From a virus (taxonomy: Duplodnaviria; Caudoviricetes): a DNA stretch of 55,744 nucleotides. Made by a program: the position numbers and the translations under genes. Below are positions 1 through 8,748 of this stretch, one piece after another (positions within the stretch are counted from its first letter, which is position 1; each line of letters opens with the position of its first letter). The DNA is taken from positions 1 through 55,744 of the IMG/VR virus record IMGVR_UViG_3300033076_001147, one strand, 5' to 3'. The notes beneath the pieces are model-generated. The model was not told the origin of the DNA and searched no databases. It saw nothing but the letters and a program-made list of their open reading frames with translations.

Positions 1-1
1 C

Positions 2-958
2 TGGGTCGTGCCGGAGCTACAGGCCCTTCTGCGTGGCGTTCGGGGCGAGATCACGGTCCTAAGCGGCGAGACGGGCCACGGTAAGACGACGTTCACGACG
101 TTCCTGGCTTGGGCTCAGTCCAGCGCAGGACCTGTGCTCGTCTGCTCGCCGGAGCTGCTGCCGGAGCACGAAACGCTCAAGCTGGCGACGATGGAGGCCG
201 GCGGCCCGTTCCTGGACCTCGACGAGCAGGGCCGCCGGCTTGTGCTCCACCAGTTGACTCGCAAGAACATCTTCGTGCTCGACAGCTACGGGCGCGTCAC
301 GCAGCAGGAGCTATTCGACAGCCTGCGATACTTCTACCTCGCCGTCGGAGGCAGGCTTGCCATCGTCGATCACCTCGGGTTCTTCATCGACGAGAGCACA
401 ATACAGCGCGCGACCGAGAGCTCGGTGAAGTTCCTCAAGGACCTCGCCGAGCTCGTGAACCTTGAGCTGCCAGGGCTGCACGTCATCCTGGTCGCGCACC
501 CCAAGAACCGCTCCGACCGCCGGGACAAGGACGGCAAGATGCCGCGCCTAGACATGACCCACCTAAAGGGCGGCAGCTCCATCCGGCAGCTCGCAGACAA
601 CGTGGCGTTCATCGAGCGAGCCGTCGACGGCCATGGCAACCCGAGGGCCTACTTGTGGTTCGACAAGGTTCGCTCGCTGTTCGCGACGATTGGTGAAGTG
701 GCCTTCGCCTTCAGCAAGGACTCGCTGCACTACACCGGCATCGGGTCAGGCCAGAAGGCGCGGACCTCTGTCGCGGTACAGCTTGCCGCACAGAAGGCAG
801 CTCAGCAGGCCGCCATCGCAGCCGCCAGGGCTGCAGGCATCGCAACACAGACGCCGGTCAAGCCGGCCCCAAAGAAGACCAAGAGCCCGCGACAGCGGGA
901 CTTCAAGCGGGCGGCTGCGGCCGACCCAGAGGAGGCTGATGATGACGATCAAGCATAA
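2..958 (+). CDS. C-terminal SF4 (DnaB/T7 gp4/Twinkle-like) helicase part of a primase-helicase; 5'-truncated at the window edge
   Basis: Walker A SGETGHGKT, IVDHL, LVAHP, LKGGSSIRQLADNV and KVR motifs. The frame is open from base 2. Confidence 0.9.
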   Translation, partial: WVVPELQALLRGVRGEITVLSGETGHGKTTFTTFLAWAQSSAGPVLVCSPELLPEHETLKLATMEAGGPFLDLDEQGRRLVLHQLTRKNIFVLDSYGRVTQQELFDSLRYFYLAVGGRLAIVDHLGFFIDESTIQRATESSVKFLKDLAELVNLELPGLHVILVAHPKNRSDRRDKDGKMPRLDMTHLKGGSSIRQLADNVAFIERAVDGHGNPRAYLWFDKVRSLFATIGEVAFAFSKDSLHYTGIGSGQKARTSVAVQLAAQKAAQQAAIAAARAAGIATQTPVKPAPKKTKSPRQRDFKRAAAADPEEADDDDQA

Positions 959-2135
959 CTTGTCCGAGCTTACGGACGAGCATCTCGAAGACATCAAGAC
1001 CACCATCGGAGCCGACGAGAACGTCACAGTCGTACTCCTGCTCCGGCCAAGCTTCGCGGACCTCAGCGACGAGGAGTTCTTCCGTCGCATCGACTACGCC
1101 CTGTCGATGAAGAACCCTCACATCGTCATCAGGGACATCGACATCACACTCGGGATGGGCGGACTGCTCAGCGCTATGTCAAAGCTGTACTGGACGAACC
1201 GGCTCGTCGAGTTCGCATGGGACGTTCAGCACGTCCAGGCCAAGATCCCCGAGGGCTACAGGGCGGTCGGAGCTGTCGACATCCTGCGATACTTCATGGG
1301 CCCGACGTTCGGCTTCCGGCCGTTCGAGCAGACGGCACACCACGCGCTCGAAAACCTCTCTCGAATCGGCCGCAACCCCGACAAGGACAGCGTCGCACTC
1401 GCCGCCTCTGCCGGCGGCATCCCGTCGAACATCTCCCAGGAGACGGAGCCGGCGGACGCCGCAGGGCTCGCCGTCACCTTCCGGGCGGTCACTGGCACCG
1501 GGCCTGTCGTCGTCTGCCCGGGAGACGACGGCGACCTCCTCCGGCGAGGCGAGGGTCATGACCTCGACTGGGTCAAAGCCTTCGTCGAGGCGGGCGGCCT
1601 GACGGGCCTGAGCTGGCTGAACCCGCAGTCAGAGCCCGACAAGGACAAGCGCACCCAACAGGGACTGTTCGCCAACGACATGTTCGACATCGCGTCGACC
1701 TACCTCTGGGGCCGCAGGGGGGACTGTTCTGGGGAGGCGGTTTACGAGGTGGCACGCCTGGAGGCCGCCTTCCGGCAGCGAGCCTACAAGCTGCTCGCCG
1801 AGTCGGAGACCCTCAGCGGAGAGTGGCCCGCGCTGGCGTACATCGCCCGCATCGCCTCTGGCGCCCAGCGCATCAACCCGTCGAGACAACCGCTCGCGAT
1901 CAGCAACCTGTTTGATGCGGACACGGGCGTGCGCAACCTCGGCGACGACCTCAGCCAGGTCACCATCCTCATGGATGCGCTCGCCGCCAGGAGCCTCGAC
2001 AGCAAAGCCATCGTCGGCGAGGCCATGAAGGCTTACGACCGAGAGGTCGGCGGAACCCCGACGCGCGACGGACTGGACAAGCTGGTCATGGAGATTGTGG
2101 CGAAGCACCTCACGGCGCCCGGCGGCGCGTCCTAA
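942..2135 (+). CDS. hypothetical protein (~397 aa)
   Basis: GGAGG RBS at 931-935, overlap with the helicase stop, GC3-biased codons. No motif recognised. Confidence 0.7.
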   Translation: MTIKHNLSELTDEHLEDIKTTIGADENVTVVLLLRPSFADLSDEEFFRRIDYALSMKNPHIVIRDIDITLGMGGLLSAMSKLYWTNRLVEFAWDVQHVQAKIPEGYRAVGAVDILRYFMGPTFGFRPFEQTAHHALENLSRIGRNPDKDSVALAASAGGIPSNISQETEPADAAGLAVTFRAVTGTGPVVVCPGDDGDLLRRGEGHDLDWVKAFVEAGGLTGLSWLNPQSEPDKDKRTQQGLFANDMFDIASTYLWGRRGDCSGEAVYEVARLEAAFRQRAYKLLAESETLSGEWPALAYIARIASGAQRINPSRQPLAISNLFDADTGVRNLGDDLSQVTILMDALAARSLDSKAIVGEAMKAYDREVGGTPTRDGLDKLVMEIVAKHLTAPGGAS

Positions 2136-2188
2136 TGGGGGCGCCTGTCGCGCGGACGCCGCAAGCCGCGACAACGAAAGGTGACGCC

Positions 2189-2404
2189 GTGACCCCGCTC
2201 CAAGAGGCCGCGAAGGCGGCGCGTGGCAAGATTGAGCTTCCAGTGTGCATCGCGTGCAGTGCACCCGACATTCTAACCGGGCGAGCGGTACGGTGGATGG
2301 CCGCCAAGGGCTACGATCCTGAGGTGATGGTAGAGGCACACGACGGCACGCCCGAGGGCGTCGCCATAGCCGTCCTGCGCCTCGTCGCCCGGTGCCCGGC
2401 CTAG
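2189..2404 (+). CDS. small hypothetical protein with CxxC
   Basis: GTG after AAAGG; alternative start at 2135. Confidence 0.5.
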   Translation: MTPLQEAAKAARGKIELPVCIACSAPDILTGRAVRWMAAKGYDPEVMVEAHDGTPEGVAIAVLRLVARCPA

Positions 2405-2538
2405 CCCAACGCGTGCGACTGTGGGAGTGCCCGTGCTCAGCGGCGGGCCAGACCTAACCAGCGAGCCGGCGCGTCGCACGTCCGGCCTGACGGGTGGAAT
2501 GCCCGCCTCCAACCAAACACGTTCGAATGAGGTATGTG

Positions 2539-2934
2539 ATGGCACTTTTCAACCCCGTCGAGGCTGTGATCGCAGGCGACGCCCTTTCCAGGGCGGCCAT
2601 CGAGATCGTCACCATCATGGACCGCATCAGCCCGTCCGAACGCTGGCTCGTCGCAAAGCGCATCCCGAACACGGAGACGAAGCTCGCAGGGCTCGTGCAG
2701 GCCATCAGGGACCTTGCAGCGCATAACGCTGGACTGCCCCTCCAGAAGCCGAGACAGCCGGAGCTTCCTGCCGTCGCGGCCGCCCTGCCAAGGCGGCCGC
2801 TCGACATTACGCCGGCCCAGCTCAGGTGGCTCGCCAACGCCGCCACACGATACCCGGGCTTTGCGGCGCAGTGCTCCCCGTGGCTCACCAAGGAGCTTGA
2901 CGGGCTGGTTTCGCTGGCGGGGGGCCGGAAGTGA
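2539..2934 (+). CDS. hypothetical protein
   Basis: GAGGT RBS, ATG, and GTGA coupling to the next gene. Confidence 0.6.
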   Translation: MALFNPVEAVIAGDALSRAAIEIVTIMDRISPSERWLVAKRIPNTETKLAGLVQAIRDLAAHNAGLPLQKPRQPELPAVAAALPRRPLDITPAQLRWLANAATRYPGFAAQCSPWLTKELDGLVSLAGGRK

Positions 2935-3197
2935 GCGCCATCGAGATAGGGCACGGGCAGACGGCGCGCCGGCTTTGCATCTACGAGTTCGCGGACCGTT
3001 ACGGGGTTCCGTGTTCCCTCCAGAAGTCGAGCCTTGCGACGGAGGATGCCATCTGGTTCGGGGCGAACGGCCCCGCGCCAGGGCGCGCAGACACGCCCCG
3101 CATGCACCTCACGCAGGACCACGTTCGTGCGCTGCTACCGCTGCTCACGCACTTCGCGGAGACGGGCGAGCTTCCGGCGCCTCGGAGCGGCCCGTGA
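2931..3197 (+). CDS. conserved phage hypothetical protein
   Basis: CSLQKSSLATEDAIWFG...RMHLTQ...LLPLLTHFAETGEL resembles a widespread small phage protein. Start and stop are coupled to the neighbours. Confidence 0.7.
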   Translation: MSAIEIGHGQTARRLCIYEFADRYGVPCSLQKSSLATEDAIWFGANGPAPGRADTPRMHLTQDHVRALLPLLTHFAETGELPAPRSGP

Positions 3198-3916
3198 GCG
3201 CGGGGCCGCGCCTCGGGCGCCAGGAGGCCGAGCGCGTCGCCGCGTTCTTGACCCAGCTCGTCAAGCCTGTGAGCGAAAGCGTTCTCGTCGTCGGCTCGCT
3301 TCGCCGGGGAGCCGCGACCGTTGGCGACGTGGAGCTCGTCATCGTGCCGACCGTTGAGCGGACGCCGCTCGCGCGCGACGCGGAGCAGCTCGACCTGTTC
3401 GGCACCGCGGCGCCGAAACCCCAGGAGTACACGGAGAGCGTTCCACTCCTGGGGTTCCTGGACGGCATCTCGCGCCTTACCGACCCGAGAGCCGGCGGGA
3501 GCCCTGTGCAGTTCTACGAGGGCGCCGCCGGGCCTTTCCACGCAACCCTGACGCGAGGGCCTCAGTGGGGGCGCGTGTACCGCAAGGTCAACGTCACGCT
3601 GTGGGAGGCCGGACACCTCGACTTCCCAGTTGACCTGTTCCTGGCAAGCCCGGCGAACGTCGGCTGGGTGACGGTCTTGCGGACCGGCCCGAAGGACTGG
3701 AACCTCTGGCTTCTGCACGGCATGAAGTCTCGCGACCTCCGGTCGCAGGACGGCTTCATATGGGCTGGCGACAGACGGCTCGACACGCCGACCGAGGACA
3801 GCGTGTTCTCCCTGCTCGGCCTGACCTATGTGCAGCCAGAGGACAGGAGCGTCGTAGATGGCGAAGACGAGGCCGCGCGAACGCGGCGATGGTGGAGGCT
3901 AAGCCATGGCGGGTAG
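3194..3916 (+). CDS. minimal family X DNA polymerase (Pol beta nucleotidyltransferase fold)
   Basis: VGSLRRG...GDVELV, PVDLF, LRTGP and TEDSVFSLLGLTYVQPEDR thumb motifs. Confidence 0.85.
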   Translation: MSAGPRLGRQEAERVAAFLTQLVKPVSESVLVVGSLRRGAATVGDVELVIVPTVERTPLARDAEQLDLFGTAAPKPQEYTESVPLLGFLDGISRLTDPRAGGSPVQFYEGAAGPFHATLTRGPQWGRVYRKVNVTLWEAGHLDFPVDLFLASPANVGWVTVLRTGPKDWNLWLLHGMKSRDLRSQDGFIWAGDRRLDTPTEDSVFSLLGLTYVQPEDRSVVDGEDEAARTRRWWRLSHGG

Positions 3917-4079
3917 ACCAGTGAAGACCAGAGATCGGCGCCTTGCCGAGTGCGGGAAGGCGCTCGGCACCGCCTCGCGACTGGCGGACGCCATCGCGTT
4001 CCTGACGCTTATTGCGGCAGCCGTCGCCGACGGGCCTTGGCAGGCCACCTGCGCCGCCGTCAAGATCGCCAAGGAGTGA
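3906..4079 (+). CDS. small hypothetical protein (57 aa)
   Basis: ATG after GGAGG; its stop lies within the RBS region of the next gene. Confidence 0.45.
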   Translation: MAGRPVKTRDRRLAECGKALGTASRLADAIAFLTLIAAAVADGPWQATCAAVKIAKE

Positions 4080-4081
4080 CC

Positions 4082-4373
4082 ATGACTCGCCAGTGCGCGA
4101 AGGCTCCATGCCCAACCTGCCCATACCGGAAGGACGTCCCTTCCGGCGTGTGGGACCCAAGCGAGTACGCGAAGCTGCTGGAGTACGACAAGCCGACGGT
4201 TCTGCGCCGGCTGGGTCGGGACCGTGGACCCCTCCGTCTTCGCCTATCGGAGCCCGGTTCCACTGTTCAAGTCTGGCGCCCAGGCAGCAAGGCACGGGCT
4301 CAGGGCTGTGTTGAGGCCAGGGGGCGCCGCAAAGCGTGCAGTCGCGCGCATACTCATGAGGAGGATGAAATGA
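4082..4373 (+). pseudogene. DUF6283-like Cys-rich protein, internally deleted and frameshifted
   Basis: N-half PCPTCPYRKDVPSGVWDPSEYAKL is in one frame. C-half CAGWVG...SPVPLFKSGAQAARHG is in the +1 frame from ~4200 and ends in an ATGA overlap with the next gene. Confidence 0.65.
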
Positions 4374-4633
4374 CCCAGATACCGCCAAAGACCGTCACAG
4401 CGCTCCAGGACGTAGCCCTGGAGCGCGACCATCAACGCGAGAGGTACGGGGAGCAGGCCGGCAAGCCACTCGCCGAGTGGGTCGTCGTGCTCGCGAAGCA
4501 CTTCGGACGGCTCGCCGGCGCACTCCTCGACGGAGAGAGCACCAAGGGCAGGACTGTCATCCGGTGGCACGCCATCCGGGTCGCCGCCGTCGCTGTCGCC
4601 CTCGCCGAGGCAGCGTCAGAGGGCGGCCCGTGA
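4370..4633 (+). CDS. MazG-like all-alpha NTP pyrophosphatase fold, acidic motif degenerate
   Basis: ERDHQRERYGEQ...EWVVVL...IRVAAVAVA pattern; the expected EExGE reads KHFGR. Confidence 0.55.
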   Translation: MTQIPPKTVTALQDVALERDHQRERYGEQAGKPLAEWVVVLAKHFGRLAGALLDGESTKGRTVIRWHAIRVAAVAVALAEAASEGGP

Positions 4634-4788
4634 GCTGGCGCCTTGCGAGGGACCTGTTTGCGCTCTGGGTGCTATCCAACCTCCACCCCGACGTAACCCC
4701 CGCCGGCTCAGCCGCCATCATCGTTTCTGGAGCGGCCATCGGCCTTGCCATCGCCAGCGTCGAGGACCGACTCAGGCGACGGAGGTAG
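4630..4788 (+). CDS. small membrane protein
   Basis: GTGA coupling; hydrophobic segments and an Arg-rich tail. Confidence 0.45.
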   Translation: MSWRLARDLFALWVLSNLHPDVTPAGSAAIIVSGAAIGLAIASVEDRLRRRR

Positions 4789-4791
4789 TTC

Positions 4792-5478
4792 ATGGGAAGC
4801 CAGTTCAAGATCCGATCGGTTCCGTCCGGCACGTCGCCGACCTACCGCATGGACGGCAGCGCGTCCGCGTCCGGGGCAATGGGGCGTCGCGAGACGTTCT
4901 TGCGACAGCACCTCCCGTTCGCTCAGAGCGTCTGCGCCTCATGCTATCGCCCGTCGTGCTGCTACCAGATTGTCGCGGTCACGGAGGCCGAAGCTGAGGC
5001 CATCCTCGTGATGGGCAAGGGCATCATCCTGCGCGACAACGGCATTGGCCTGCTCCGGCTCGCTGAGCAGGCGAGGGACGAGATCGAGGCTAGCGCCGAG
5101 GACGACGACGAGACGGCCTCCCGGTACTTCCTCAAGGGCCGCCCGTGTGCCTTCCTGACACCGGAGGGCCGCTGCGGGATCTACGCGGGCCGCCCGGACG
5201 CCTGCGCAACGCACCTCCTTTTGGAGGGGACTGTCGACGGATGCGCGCACAAGGAGTCCGAGGCCGGGGAGCCCGTCAACGATCCGAACGAGCAGGGCTA
5301 CCTCGATGCCAGCACCGCAAGGGAGCTGCTCATGCGAGCCCGCGCAAAGAACGATGGGACGCTGACCATCTACAGCGGGCTGGCCCTGGCACTCCTCTCC
5401 GTCGTCATCAAGAATGCCCCGAGCGCCGGAGCGTTCCTGCGCCGCGAGGGCTTTGGAGACGTTGCCTCCCGCCTTTAG
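4792..5478 (+). CDS. YkgJ/FliB-like cysteine-cluster (Fe-S or Zn) protein
   Basis: CASCYRPSCC ... CAFL ... CGIYAGRPDAC. Confidence 0.8.
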   Translation: MGSQFKIRSVPSGTSPTYRMDGSASASGAMGRRETFLRQHLPFAQSVCASCYRPSCCYQIVAVTEAEAEAILVMGKGIILRDNGIGLLRLAEQARDEIEASAEDDDETASRYFLKGRPCAFLTPEGRCGIYAGRPDACATHLLLEGTVDGCAHKESEAGEPVNDPNEQGYLDASTARELLMRARAKNDGTLTIYSGLALALLSVVIKNAPSAGAFLRREGFGDVASRL

Positions 5479-6020
5479 GGGCAGGGCCAGGGAAGGCCGC
5501 CGGAGGCCCTCCAGATAGCCCTTGCGACCTCCTGGGGCGCCAGGGCATCGGCGGCAACCCGGACGCCTCCCAGAGCCTCCGCAAAGCGGGCCGCCTTCGT
5601 CTCTCTGCCGGCAGCCCAGCCCTCGGCCTGCTTAGAGCCGCGGGCTGCGCGCCGCGCGGCAAGCACGGGGCGGGCGGCCTCAAGAAGCACGCACGACAGC
5701 GAGTAGCCGCAGGCCAGGAGGTCTCCGCAGAAGCGGTCGACAGACAGCCTGTCCCCGTCGGACAGGAGCACTGGAGAGGCCAGCGTCGCCACGTCCTTTG
5801 CGGCGTACACGACCGCGTCCATCGGGAGCGTATCGCACCCGGGGTACGGCCCCGTCCTATGGCCCAGCTCGGCGGCAACCAGCCGGCCGCCGAGACTGTA
5901 AGTCGTCACCTTCGTGCGACCGACAACCTCAAGGCTTTTCGACAGCCCAGCGACGAGGGCCGACACGGCCGCGGACTTTCCGACGCCGGGGGCGCCGACT
6001 ACGAAAACGCACTTCTTCAA
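5475..6020 (-). CDS. P-loop kinase resembling phage base-hypermodification (5hmU DNA kinase-like) kinases
   Basis: GAPGVGKS Walker A, GCDTL, DGDRL and RRAARGSKQ...W..GRETK lid motifs. Coupled to the TET/JBP gene. Confidence 0.7.
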   Translation of the reverse strand: MKKCVFVVGAPGVGKSAAVSALVAGLSKSLEVVGRTKVTTYSLGGRLVAAELGHRTGPYPGCDTLPMDAVVYAAKDVATLASPVLLSDGDRLSVDRFCGDLLACGYSLSCVLLEAARPVLAARRAARGSKQAEGWAAGRETKAARFAEALGGVRVAADALAPQEVARAIWRASGGLPWPCP

Positions 6021-6850
6021 GGCTTCACCTTCACCTTTGCCGCCATCGAGGCCTCTCGCGCCGTTCGGCGCTGCCGGCGCAAGCCATCTTCAAGGGCCGC
6101 GGACGCACAGCCCTTCATCCCGGCCAGGGAGTAGTAGACGACCGAGACGCGGTACGAGTCGGCCCCGTCGCACTCAATCGGCGTCACCCCATGTAGAAAC
6201 TTGTGCCCGCGGAACAGGAGCGCGTACCCGTCGTCAGCCGGGAGGGCGACACCATACTCCGGCATCGAGAGCAGGCCGCCGCCCGTCCCGCGGCGAACGA
6301 CGGGCATCGCAGACCAGATCGGGAAGTTGAGCCTGTCGAAGTGGTAGGGGAGCTCAGACGTCATGTTCACCACGCCGCTCGTCCAGGGCGTGTCCTTGTG
6401 GATCCGCCACTCGGGGAGGACGCGGGCGGCCGTCGCCATGTCGGTTGCGGCTTCCGACGGAAGCTCCCTTCGCAGGACACCCCAAAGCCACGGGGCGACC
6501 TCGGCTATCGCCATTGCCGCTTCGGGGGCCTCGGAGGACAGCTTCGTCTGGGAGCAACCCTCGCGCTTCTGCGTCACCTTCTTGTGAACGAAACCAAAGA
6601 TCCGGGACTTGTTCCCGAACCCCATGCTGGAGCGGAGCGTCGAGCCGTAGTGCAGCCCCAGGACGGCTCGCCGGAGCGACCCCCTCATGTCGGCCGGCAT
6701 CTTCACGACGAGGGCGATGCACTCACCCGTCGCCTCGTCCTCTACGCGAGCTTCGCCACGGAAGCTCGCAGGGACCACCGGGACCGTCGCCCCGATTAGG
6801 GCCGAGGCCTTTTCGCGAGACATCACGCGACGGACCATCACCTTGTTCAT
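6017..6850 (-). CDS. TET/JBP-family 2OG-Fe(II) dioxygenase
   Basis: WTSGVVN...YHFD(HxD)RLN...GGLLSMPEY...LHGVTPI...YRVSVVYY(RxS). The ATG at 6850 overlaps the upstream stop. Confidence 0.88.
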   Translation of the reverse strand: MNKVMVRRVMSREKASALIGATVPVVPASFRGEARVEDEATGECIALVVKMPADMRGSLRRAVLGLHYGSTLRSSMGFGNKSRIFGFVHKKVTQKREGCSQTKLSSEAPEAAMAIAEVAPWLWGVLRRELPSEAATDMATAARVLPEWRIHKDTPWTSGVVNMTSELPYHFDRLNFPIWSAMPVVRRGTGGGLLSMPEYGVALPADDGYALLFRGHKFLHGVTPIECDGADSYRVSVVYYSLAGMKGCASAALEDGLRRQRRTAREASMAAKVKVKP

Positions 6851-7422
6851 CGGCAGCGCCTCGCGGCGGCGAGCAGGGCCGCCGAGTTGTCGTAAACCCC
6901 GAACCGCGCCCTGGCCTTCTCGAACAGGGCGTTCACCGCCGCAAACTCGTCCAGCCCGTACTTTACTGTCACCGCCTTCACGGCGGCCGCCGAAGCTCCG
7001 GGCGCGGGAGCCGGAGACAGCGAGGGGGCCTCTTCGAGGTACGCGACCATGTCCGAGATCTCCGACTCGGAGAACCCGGCGACCGCCGCAAGCTCGGGAG
7101 GGACGGAAGAGGCCAGCTCGGCGAGCAGGCGCTCGTCCCAGGACCCAAGCTCGGCCACTCGGTTGTCGGCAACCGCGTACGTCTTCGCGTCCTCCAGCGA
7201 CATCGTGACGTAGACGACCGGGACGACCGAAAGCCCGAGCTTGAGCGCGGCCGAGTAGCGCGTGTGGCCCGCGACGATCATCCCATCGGGCAGGGCGATG
7301 ATCGGGGCCATGAAGCCGAACCGCTTTATCGACCCGGCAACCGCGTCCACGGCGCCCGAGTTGAGGCGCGGGTTCTTGTCCCACGGGTGGAGGGAGCCGA
7401 CAGGGACCATCACGCCGCGCAT
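6847..7422 (-). CDS. ParB/Sulfiredoxin-like domain protein
   Basis: NPRLN...SIKRFGF.API...IVAGHTRY.AA...ADNR. Confidence 0.88.
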   Translation of the reverse strand: MRGVMVPVGSLHPWDKNPRLNSGAVDAVAGSIKRFGFMAPIIALPDGMIVAGHTRYSAALKLGLSVVPVVYVTMSLEDAKTYAVADNRVAELGSWDERLLAELASSVPPELAAVAGFSESEISDMVAYLEEAPSLSPAPAPGASAAAVKAVTVKYGLDEFAAVNALFEKARARFGVYDNSAALLAAARRCR

Positions 7423-8054
7423 ACAGCCTCCTCAAGGAGCGCGCGGACGCCCGCGGCCACACTCCCGCCCTTGTGGAGCACGGCCGCCATCACCTCGGCG
7501 TACTCCGGGGCGCTGAACTCCAGGACGAACGCCCGGCTGTCGCCACCCTCGTACGCATCCAGACGCTCCTTCATCGGCTTCTCCTTCCGGATTCCTTTCT
7601 GCCGCTCCGGCTTGGGCTCAGGCGCGGCCTCGCCAACACCGGGCGCGGCTTCGAGTGCAGGAACCGCGGCGACCGAGACGCCAGCAAGCGACGAAAAGTC
7701 GAACTGCATCAGCGAGGCGTCGAAGTCGTCCATCGCCTGCACCTGCTCCATCAGGAGCGGGACGTCCCACTTACTCTCCTCGCCGAGCCGGTTGTCCGCC
7801 AGGACGTAGGCGGCGGCCTCCTCGTCCGTCAGGTCAACGTACCTCACCGGGACGGACAGGAGCCCTAGCGAGAGGGCAGCTTGGAGCCGCCCGTTCCCGG
7901 CGACAACGAGACCTGTTGACCGCTGGACGACAAGCGGCGCAACGAACCCGAAGCGGCGAAGCGACGCCGTGATGGACTCCAGCGCATGAACGCGCGGGTT
8001 CCCCGGGTACGGCTTCACGAGGCCAATCCCAACTTCTTCAACGACCGAGCTCAT
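7410..8054 (-). CDS. ParB/Sulfiredoxin-like domain protein (paralog)
   Basis: PYPGNPR...SLRRFGF.APL...VAGNGRL.AA...ADNR. Confidence 0.88.
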   Translation of the reverse strand: MSSVVEEVGIGLVKPYPGNPRVHALESITASLRRFGFVAPLVVQRSTGLVVAGNGRLQAALSLGLLSVPVRYVDLTDEEAAAYVLADNRLGEESKWDVPLLMEQVQAMDDFDASLMQFDFSSLAGVSVAAVPALEAAPGVGEAAPEPKPERQKGIRKEKPMKERLDAYEGGDSRAFVLEFSAPEYAEVMAAVLHKGGSVAAGVRALLEEAVCAA

Positions 8055-8152
8055 CTGGCGACCCCTCCCGAGGCTCCGTTCACGCGGAACCTATACGAAC
8101 ATGCTCGGAAGGTATACACCACGGAAAAGGCTTGGCCGCCTGGGAGGGGCTC

Positions 8153-8734
8153 TTGACTGGCGTAACTGACGACGACTACAAGCGAATGGTCGAGAGTTAC
8201 GTTCGCGAGCAGACCGTCGCAGCCGTCATGGAGGCAGGGGGCGTCAGCCGGTTGACGGCCCGGAAGTACATCGAGCACGGCGCCCCGAAGCTGGGTCGCC
8301 CGAGCATCCGGAGCGTGTACGCGGCCCAGGCGACCCAGGCCGCCGCGGCGACGGCCAGGGAGACGGTCTATGACCTCGCCAAGGCCAACGACGACACGGT
8401 CAAGTTGGCCCGGTCGATGAAGGGGCTCCTGGCCCGCCAGATTCAGAAGATGGCGACCAGCGGGGAGCTGTTCCGAGACCCGGTTCGCGCCCTCGAAGTC
8501 GTCGCCAAGGTCGAGACGCTTGCGCTCGGAGGGGCGACCGACGTGCTCAAGCTCCAGGCCGAGAAGGGTCCTGGGGACCCGCTCGCGGACCTCACGGACG
8601 ACGAGTTGTTCGCGTTCATCGAGGCCGGCATGGCCGTCCTCAAGCTCCACCAAGGCGTGCGGCTACAGGTGCCGCCCGCTCACACAGCCGCGACCGTCGA
8701 GGTCGTGGACCAAGCCGCCGCAGTAGCGGCGTGA
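8153..8734 (+). CDS. HTH protein, putative terminase small subunit
   Basis: TTG after GGAGGGG; N-terminal HTH-like segment, helical middle, DLTDDEL tail. First gene of the rightward unit that leads to TerL. Confidence 0.5.
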   Translation: MTGVTDDDYKRMVESYVREQTVAAVMEAGGVSRLTARKYIEHGAPKLGRPSIRSVYAAQATQAAAATARETVYDLAKANDDTVKLARSMKGLLARQIQKMATSGELFRDPVRALEVVAKVETLALGGATDVLKLQAEKGPGDPLADLTDDELFAFIEAGMAVLKLHQGVRLQVPPAHTAATVEVVDQAAAVAA

Positions 8735-8748
8735 ACAGGAGAGACTCC

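Noticed and set aside
942-2135. Degenerate exonuclease or aGPT-Pplase transferase
   Set aside because: No convincing catalytic motifs by eye. Left as hypothetical pending a structure search.
6847-8054. ParABS plasmid-prophage partition system
   Set aside because: No ParA ATPase. The proteins look like the ParB/Srx type linked to DNA-modification genes and lack an evident parS-binding HTH.
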